Part shown: piece by piece, positions 26,336 through 32,000 of the stretch | Position numbering within the stretch: the stretch's first letter is position 1 | Layout: each line of letters opens with the position of its first letter | DNA from: Bacillus subtilis subsp. subtilis str. 168 | GTDB taxonomy: Bacteria; Bacillota; Bacilli; Bacillales; Bacillaceae | Assembly (NCBI RefSeq): GCF_000009045.1 | Contig: NC_000964.3 | Location: 1,350,001-1,382,000 of the forward strand | Length of the DNA: 32,000 nt | Reading direction: 5' to 3' | Program-made: the position numbers and the translations under genes | Notes under the pieces: model-generated | Databases searched by the model: none | Seen by the model: only the letters and a program-made list of their open reading frames with translations | What the model was told of the DNA's origin: nothing

Positions 26336-26476
26336 TTTCTAGGGTTCCGCATGTCAATTGACATGGACTGGTCCGAGAGAAAACACATACGCGTAAATAG
26401 AAGCGCGTATGCACACGGAGGGAAAAAAGCCCGGGAGAGTCAATCTCATGTGAGACGACTGTCCGGGGTTTTTTTG
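26336..26476 (+). promoter_or_regulatory. ykkC / guanidine-I riboswitch with expression-platform terminator
   Basis: Conserved blocks TTCTAGGGTTCCGC, ACTGGTCCGAGAGAAAAC, ACACGGAGGGAAAAAAGCCCGGGAGAG. Then a terminator hairpin (CCCGG...CCGGGGTTTTTTT), directly upstream of SMR genes. Confidence 0.93.
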
Positions 26477-26516
26477 TTTTCGGAGAATCTTAATAGATAG
26501 AAAGGAATGACTCAAA

Positions 26517-26855
26517 ATGAAATGGGGATTGGTCGTGCTTGCCGCTGTTTTCGAGGTTGTTTGGGTGATAGGCTTAAAGCACGCTGACTCAGCCTTAACA
26601 TGGAGCGGCACTGCCATCGGCATCATATTCAGCTTTTACCTTCTAATGAAGGCGACTCACAGTCTGCCTGTTGGTACCGTGTATGCCGTCTTTACCGGGC
26701 TCGGCACAGCGGGAACAGTACTTAGTGAAATCGTTCTTTTTCATGAACCGGTTGGATGGCCGAAGCTATTGTTAATTGGCGTGCTCTTAATCGGTGTAAT
26801 CGGGTTGAAGCTTGTGACACAGGATGAGACAGAGGAAAAAGGAGGCGAGGCATAA
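26517..26855 (+). CDS. ykkC: Small multidrug resistance (SMR) family subunit, paired guanidinium exporter
   Basis: 112 aa, four TM helices. [22 protein letters not shown] is the SMR/Gdx signature. Confidence 0.93.
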
Positions 26856-27172
26856 TGCTGCACTGGATCAGTTTATTGTGCGCGGGCTGTTTAGAAATGG
26901 CCGGCGTGGCCCTTATGAATCAATATGCGAAAGAAAAAAGCGTGAAATGGGTGCTGTTGATCATTGTTGGTTTTGCCGCTTCATTTTCCTTGCTGTCGTA
27001 CGCAATGGAAACCACTCCGATGGGAACGGCTTACGCGGTCTGGACAGGAATTGGCACCGCCGGCGGGGCGCTTATCGGCATCCTCTTTTACAAGGAGCAG
27101 AAAGACGCCAAACGGATCTTCTTTATCGCGTTGATTTTATGCTCAGCAGTTGGTTTAAAAATTCTGTCATAA
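26855..27172 (+). CDS. ykkD: Small multidrug resistance (SMR) family subunit
   Basis: 105 aa, start overlaps the ykkC stop. CLEMAGVALMNQY ... MGTAYAVWTGIGTAGG. Confidence 0.93.
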   Translation: MLHWISLLCAGCLEMAGVALMNQYAKEKSVKWVLLIIVGFAASFSLLSYAMETTPMGTAYAVWTGIGTAGGALIGILFYKEQKDAKRIFFIALILCSAVGLKILS

Positions 27173-27173
27173 A

Positions 27174-27201
27174 TTGATTTTTATCAAATCTTCAGTATAA
27201 T
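27174..27201 (+). promoter_or_regulatory. Candidate SigA promoter for purU
   Basis: TTGATT - 16 nt - TATAAT, 42 bp upstream of the purU ATG. Confidence 0.55.
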
Positions 27202-27242
27202 GGATAAATAGTTTAGACTTACAAAGATAAGAGGGATTATTC

Positions 27243-28145
27243 ATGAAATCATATATGACTCAGCGGTTGGACGAATACCGTGACGGAAATGAGGATAAAG
27301 GTCGGCTCTTGGTCAGCTGCCCCGATCAGCCGGGTATCGTCTCTGCAGTTTCCGCGTTTTTATTTGAACACGGTGCCAATATTATAGAATCAAATCAATA
27401 TACGACAGACCCTGAAGGCGGCCGGTTCTTCCTGAGAATCGAATTCGACTGCGCAGGCATTCGTGAAAAAAAATCATCACTTCAGGCAGCGTTTGCCTCT
27501 GTTGCGGAAAAATTCGACATGACATGGAGCTTAACTTTGGCGAGCGAACTGAAGCGTGTCGCCATTTTCGTTTCAAAGGAGCTCCACTGCCTGCATGAGC
27601 TGATTTGGGAATGGCAAACCGGCAACCTGATGGCGGAGATCGCTGTTGTCATCAGTAACCATGAGGAAGCGAGAGAGCTGGTTGAGCGCCTGAACATTCC
27701 ATTCCACTATATGAAAGCGAACAAAGACATCAGAGCGGAAGTCGAAAAGAAGCAGCTTGAACTGCTGGAGCAGTACGATGTTGATGTGATCGTGCTCGCA
27801 CGCTATATGCAGATTCTAACTCCTGATTTTGTTTCGGCTCATCCGAATCGCATCATCAATATCCACCATTCATTCCTGCCAGCTTTTATCGGTGCGAATC
27901 CGTACAAACGGGCCTACGAGCGCGGCGTGAAACTGATCGGTGCGACATCTCATTATGTGACAAACGATCTTGATGAAGGGCCGATCATTGAACAGGATAT
28001 TGAGCGTGTGGACCACCGCGATAATGCGGAAGCGCTGAAAAACATCGGAAGAACAATTGAGCGCAGCGTGCTTGCCCGTGCTGTGAAATGGCATTTGGAA
28101 GACCGTGTCATCGTTCATGAAAATAAAACAATCGTCTTTAACTAG
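27243..28145 (+). CDS. purU: Formyltetrahydrofolate deformylase
   Basis: 300 aa. ACT domain (LLVSCPDQPGIVSAVSAFLFEHGANIIES) plus formyltransferase-like domain (NIHHSFLPAFIGANPYKRAYERGVKLIGATSHYV). Confidence 0.95.
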   Translation: MKSYMTQRLDEYRDGNEDKGRLLVSCPDQPGIVSAVSAFLFEHGANIIESNQYTTDPEGGRFFLRIEFDCAGIREKKSSLQAAFASVAEKFDMTWSLTLASELKRVAIFVSKELHCLHELIWEWQTGNLMAEIAVVISNHEEARELVERLNIPFHYMKANKDIRAEVEKKQLELLEQYDVDVIVLARYMQILTPDFVSAHPNRIINIHHSFLPAFIGANPYKRAYERGVKLIGATSHYVTNDLDEGPIIEQDIERVDHRDNAEALKNIGRTIERSVLARAVKWHLEDRVIVHENKTIVFN

Positions 28146-28154
28146 ACTGCAAGA

Positions 28155-28180
28155 GGCCCGCGCAATGCGGGCTATTTTTG
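28155..28180 (+). terminator. Rho-independent terminator of purU
   Basis: GCCCGCgcaatGCGGGCTATTTTT. Confidence 0.75.
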
Positions 28181-28193
28181 ATGACAAAAAACC

Positions 28194-28222
28194 TTGACAA
28201 GTGTCTTTTTTCTTTGCATAAT
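28194..28222 (+). promoter_or_regulatory. SigA-type promoter of the proBA leader
   Basis: TTGACA (28194-28199), 17-bp spacer, CATAAT (28217-28222). Confidence 0.75.
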
Positions 28223-28229
28223 ATAAAAA

Positions 28230-28468
28230 AATCATTGAGCGTTGAAGAGGATTAGTAAGCAGACCTTTCTGTGACAGAGAGCAAAATGAATCGCTGAAAC
28301 ATTTTGCCGCATGAAACCTGCCGAACCTGCCTTGGAGTCCTAGGGGGAAAACCTAGGCGCATAACCTGGCGTTACAGGAGAGCGGAGCGTGCACAAGCGC
28401 GTTCAATCAAGGTGGTACCACGGAAACCCATTTCGTCCTTATGAATCAGGATGAAATGGGTTTTTTTA
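28230..28468 (+). promoter_or_regulatory. T-box riboswitch (probable tRNA-Pro responsive) with terminator
   Basis: GAAGAGGATTAGTAA start, AGAGAGC block, T-box core AAGGTGGTACCACGG (28409-28423), terminator AACCCATTTCGTCCT...AGGATGAAATGGGTTTTTTT. A CCT triplet in GAACCTGCCTTGGAG is the candidate specifier. Confidence 0.93.
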
Positions 28469-28495
28469 TTGTAGAAGAGCCGCGGAGGAGAATAA

Positions 28496-29593
28496 ATGAA
28501 AAAACAAAGAATAGTAGTGAAAATAGGAAGCAGTTCGCTCACGAATAGCAAAGGAAGCATTGATGAGGCAAAAATCAGAGAGCATGTTCAGGCGATTTCC
28601 GTGTTAAAAAAAGCGGGGCATGAAATGATTCTGATTACCTCGGGTGCCGTAGCGGCGGGGTTTTCCAGCCTCGGTTATCCATCCCGTCCCGTTACCATCA
28701 AAGGAAAACAGGCGGCGGCCGCGGTCGGACAAACACTGTTAATGCAGCAATATATGAATCAATTTAAACAATACTCACTGACTCCGGGACAAATCCTTTT
28801 AACGAGAAATGATTTTTCGAAAAGAGAACGGTATCGAAACGCGTATGCTACGATAATGGAATTATTAGAGCGGGGCGTCATTCCGATTATCAACGAGAAC
28901 GATTCTACATCTGTTGAAGAATTGACATTCGGAGATAATGATATGCTTTCTGCGTTAGTCAGCGGATTGATTCACGCGGACCAGCTCATGATTCTCACTG
29001 ACATTAACGGACTGTATGATGCCAATCCAAATGAAAATCCTGAGGCGAAACGATTTGATTATTTGCCAGAGATCACGCCTGAATTGCTTGGATATGCAGG
29101 TTCAGCTGGATCAAAGGTCGGCACCGGCGGAATGAAATCAAAGCTGTTAGCCACACAAACCGCGCTGTCTCTGGGAGTGAAAGTATTCATTGGAACTGGC
29201 AGCGGAGAGCAAAAACTTGCGGACATTTTGGACGGCAGGGGAGACGGCACTTATATCGGAGACAAAGAACTATCTTCGGTTAACAACACAAGGCAGTGGA
29301 TTCAGTTCCACTCGCCGATATCGGGAGAAATTATCATTGATGCGGGTGCCGAAGAGGCGATGATCCATAATGGAAGCAGCCTTTTGCCCGCTGGAGTTGT
29401 GGGCGTGAACGGAAGCTTTCCGAAAGGGGCGGTTGTGGAAGTCAGGGGACCGGGCGGCGTGATCGGCAAAGGCCAAACTCATTACTCCTCCGAGGAGATT
29501 ATGGAGGCTAAAGGCAAACGCAGTGACGAACTTGATTTTGAGAAAACGTTTGAGGTTATTCATAGGAATGACTGGGTCAATGTAAAAGACTAG
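28496..29593 (+). CDS. proB: Glutamate 5-kinase with PUA domain
   Basis: 365 aa. [51 protein letters not shown]. Confidence 0.97.
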   Translation: MKKQRIVVKIGSSSLTNSKGSIDEAKIREHVQAISVLKKAGHEMILITSGAVAAGFSSLGYPSRPVTIKGKQAAAAVGQTLLMQQYMNQFKQYSLTPGQILLTRNDFSKRERYRNAYATIMELLERGVIPIINENDSTSVEELTFGDNDMLSALVSGLIHADQLMILTDINGLYDANPNENPEAKRFDYLPEITPELLGYAGSAGSKVGTGGMKSKLLATQTALSLGVKVFIGTGSGEQKLADILDGRGDGTYIGDKELSSVNNTRQWIQFHSPISGEIIIDAGAEEAMIHNGSSLLPAGVVGVNGSFPKGAVVEVRGPGGVIGKGQTHYSSEEIMEAKGKRSDELDFEKTFEVIHRNDWVNVKD

Positions 29594-29604
29594 GAGGCGG
29601 AAAA

Positions 29605-30852
29605 ATGAGTGAAGTTTCTGTAAAAGCGAAGCTGGCGAAAGAAGCAGCAGCCGAAATGATCATGAAAACAACAGCCGAGAAGGATGAGGCGCTCAGCCTC
29701 ATTGCAAACGGACTCCGCAAAGAACTGGATTTTCTCTTGGCGGAGAATGCAAAAGACATTGTGAACGGAAAAGAGAATGGTTTAACACCGGACATCATTG
29801 ACCGTCTCTCATTGGATGAGAAACGGATACGCGATATCGCGGACGCGGTGGAGCTCTTAATCGACTTAGCGGACCCAATCGGCGACTCTCTTGAAACGAT
29901 TGAAAAAGAAAACGGCCTGTTTATTGAAAAAATCCGTGTGCCGCTCGGTGTCGTAGGAATGATTTATGAGGCGAGGCCAAACGTCACAGTTGATGCGGCT
30001 ACCCTTTGCCTGAAGACAGGGAACGCGGTTGTGCTGCGGGGAAGCTCCTCAGCCATCCACAGCAACAAAGCGCTCGTCAGTGTCATTTACAGAGCACTTG
30101 AGCAATCAGCGCTTCCGATTCACGCTGTGCAGCTGATTGAGGATACGAGCAGAGAGACAGCAAAAGAGCTCTTTACGTTAAATGATGGCTTAGACGTATT
30201 GATTCCGCGCGGAGGCAAGAAACTGATTGATCTCGTTGTGAGAGAATCAACAGTTCCTGTATTAGAAACGGGAGCAGGAAACTGCCACATATTCATTGAC
30301 GAAACAGCCAAACCGCAAATGGCAGAAAAGGTTGTTGTAAATGCCAAAACGCAGCGCCCTTCTGTATGCAACGCGATTGAATCATTGCTGATTCACAAGG
30401 CTTGGGCAAGACAGCACGGAAAAGAATTGCTGGACCAGCTGGAAAACGCGGGAGTTGAAATTCGCGGTGATGAATTGGTATGTGAACTTCATCCTTCAAG
30501 CAAACAAGCATCAAAAGAAGATTGGGAAACCGAATTTTTAGCGCCTGTCCTCAGCGTAAAGACGGTTGAAAACGTCCAAGAAGCTGTAAAGCATATCCAA
30601 CAATACGGCACCAATCATTCTGAAGCGATTTTAACTGAAAATGACAAAAATGCGGTATATTTTCAAACGGCTGTCGATGCTGCCGCTGTCTATCATAACG
30701 CGTCAACCCGCTTTACCGACGGCTTTGAATTCGGCTACGGAGCCGAAATCGGCATCAGCACGCAAAAGCTTCATGCAAGAGGACCGATGGGGCTTCCTGC
30801 ACTGACTTCTACAAAATACATCATTAAAGGAACTGGGCAAATCCGTGAATAG
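29605..30852 (+). CDS. proA: Gamma-glutamyl phosphate reductase
   Basis: 415 aa. [49 protein letters not shown] (catalytic Cys), [17 protein letters not shown]. Confidence 0.97.
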   Translation: MSEVSVKAKLAKEAAAEMIMKTTAEKDEALSLIANGLRKELDFLLAENAKDIVNGKENGLTPDIIDRLSLDEKRIRDIADAVELLIDLADPIGDSLETIEKENGLFIEKIRVPLGVVGMIYEARPNVTVDAATLCLKTGNAVVLRGSSSAIHSNKALVSVIYRALEQSALPIHAVQLIEDTSRETAKELFTLNDGLDVLIPRGGKKLIDLVVRESTVPVLETGAGNCHIFIDETAKPQMAEKVVVNAKTQRPSVCNAIESLLIHKAWARQHGKELLDQLENAGVEIRGDELVCELHPSSKQASKEDWETEFLAPVLSVKTVENVQEAVKHIQQYGTNHSEAILTENDKNAVYFQTAVDAAAVYHNASTRFTDGFEFGYGAEIGISTQKLHARGPMGLPALTSTKYIIKGTGQIRE

Positions 30853-30868
30853 CGGGGTAATGTTCAAT

Positions 30869-30906
30869 GAAAAAGCTTATCTCATTACGAGATAAGCTTT
30901 TTTATA
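30869..30906 (+). terminator. Rho-independent terminator of proBA
   Basis: AAAAAGCTTATCTCattacGAGATAAGCTTTTTTA. Confidence 0.85.
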
Positions 30907-30915
30907 CGCGAAAAA

Positions 30916-30953
30916 TTGACATTTCAAATTTAATTGTGTACAATTTAATTGTA
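30916..30953 (+). promoter_or_regulatory. ohrA promoter with overlapping OhrR operator
   Basis: TTGACA (30916-30921), 17-bp spacer, TACAAT (30939-30944). Perfect palindrome TACAATT-T-AATTGTA at 30939-30953 covers the -10. Confidence 0.85.
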
Positions 30954-30977
30954 TAAAATATATTGGGGGAATGAAAA

Positions 30978-31403
30978 ATGAGTCAGCCATTATTTACCGC
31001 AACTGTTTCAGCGGTAGGAGGAAGAGAAGGAAAGGTCATTTCATCAGACCGCGTTCTTGAGCTTGATGTCGCAATGCCGGGGACACCGAGAGCCAAGAAA
31101 TTAGAAAAAGCGACAAATCCAGAGCAGCTGTTTGCAGCAGGTTATGCAGCTTGCTTTGACAGCGCCCTGCAGCTTGTCGCAAGAACAGAACGGGTAAAAG
31201 TAGAGACAGAGGTTACAGCAAATGTTAGCCTGTTAAAGGATGAAGCGGACCAGGGCTATAAGCTGGGTGTGACGCTGCAAGTAAAAGGAGAAGGAGTCAG
31301 TGCATCAGAATTGGAGGCGCTTGTGAAAAAAGCGCACGGCGTCTGCCCGTACTCAAAAGCAACCTCCGGAAATATTGATGTGACACTTGAAGTTGCTGAA
31401 TAA
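30978..31403 (+). CDS. ohrA: Organic hydroperoxide resistance protein (Ohr/OsmC family)
   Basis: 141 aa. PEQLFAAGYAACFDSAL and VCPYSKAT carry the two redox Cys of Ohr. Confidence 0.95.
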   Translation: MSQPLFTATVSAVGGREGKVISSDRVLELDVAMPGTPRAKKLEKATNPEQLFAAGYAACFDSALQLVARTERVKVETEVTANVSLLKDEADQGYKLGVTLQVKGEGVSASELEALVKKAHGVCPYSKATSGNIDVTLEVAE

Positions 31404-31409
31404 ATAAAA

Positions 31410-31436
31410 AGAGGATGCCTGTACAAGGCATCCTCA
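31410..31436. terminator. Bidirectional terminator between ohrA and ohrR
   Basis: GAGGATGCCTgtacaAGGCATCCTC with A-rich and T-rich flanks between convergent genes. Confidence 0.8.
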
Positions 31437-31877
31437 ATTTTTTTGATGAAGTGTTTCCAGTAATGTATATAGAGCGGACTTTAACTGTTTGAGATCCTCC
31501 CCAGACTGCTTTGAGAGCCCCAGAATTGTCCCTGGAATGTCAACCGCTTTTTCTTTTAATAACGCTCCGTCCTCTGTCAGGCTGATCAACACGGACCGCT
31601 CATCCTCTTCAGATCTTTTTCTCGTAATCAAACCCTGTTGTTCCATTCGTTTAAGCATCGGAGTGAGCGTTCCTGAATCTAAATACAGCTGTTCGCCCAT
31701 TTTTTTGACAGTAAGCGTTTCATGTTCCCATAACAAAAGCAAAGCCAAATATTGAGGGTATGTTATATTCAGCTTATCAAGCAGCGGCTTGTATTGCTTT
31801 GTCATCTCCCGCGAACTCGCATATAGCAAAAAACAAAGCTGATTCTCCAATTTCATATGATCAAATTTATTTTCCAT
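31434..31877 (-). CDS. ohrR: MarR-family organic peroxide sensor repressor
   Basis: Start MENKFDHMKLENQLCFLLYASSREMTKQYKPLL within ORF 31434..31889. Sensing Cys in QLCFLLY; MarR wHTH (GTLTPMLKRMEQQGLITRKRSEEDERSV). Confidence 0.95.
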   Translation of the reverse strand: MENKFDHMKLENQLCFLLYASSREMTKQYKPLLDKLNITYPQYLALLLLWEHETLTVKKMGEQLYLDSGTLTPMLKRMEQQGLITRKRSEEDERSVLISLTEDGALLKEKAVDIPGTILGLSKQSGEDLKQLKSALYTLLETLHQKN

Positions 31878-32000
31878 TTTGTTCACCAACTCTTTTTTGT
31901 CATTCGATTCTATTGTATCTGAAAAACCTCACTTTTCCTATTCTCGGCAAACATAGCATGTTTAAAAAGATCAGAAAGGGAAATATAACAACTAGATACA

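Noticed and set aside
26354-26626. 90-aa minus-strand ORF over the ykkC leader
   Set aside because: Overlaps the riboswitch and ykkC start; conservation here is explained by RNA structure.
27870-28235. 121-aa minus-strand ORF in purU and the proBA promoter
   Set aside because: Spans the purU terminator and antisense coding region; no supporting signals.
1-32000. Mobile element, prophage, toxin-antitoxin or defence island
   Set aside because: No transposase, integrase, phage structural, nuclease, toxin or terminal inverted repeat signature seen; gene content is core-metabolic and stress related.

Overview
The window reads as an ordinary chromosomal segment of Bacillus subtilis or a near-identical strain. 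I recognise the gene order and protein sequences from memory; no database search was run. Gene order is: partial pit (-), ykaA (-), steT (-), mhqA/ykcA (+), ykcB-ykcC (+), a small membrane ORF (-), htrA (-), proG (+), dppABCDE-ykfABCD (+), pgl/ykgB (-), ykgA (-), ykhA (+), hmp (+), ykzH (-), ykjA (+), ykkA-ykkB (+), ykkC-ykkD (+), purU (+), proBA (+), ohrA (+), ohrR (-). The supported regulatory RNAs are a ykkC/guanidine-I riboswitch before ykkCD and a T-box leader before proBA. Palindromic operators fit MhqR (mhqA), NsrR (hmp) and OhrR (ohrA). I saw no mobile elements, CRISPR arrays, rRNA or tRNA genes, and nothing resembling a new defence or mobile system. The observations most worth a second look are a 48-codon ORF with a strong RBS just upstream of ykcB, a small two-helix membrane ORF with its own apparent promoter and terminator, a terminator-like hairpin inside the dpp-ykf operon, and a Gly/Ser/Pro-rich insert inside the YkcB glycosyltransferase.
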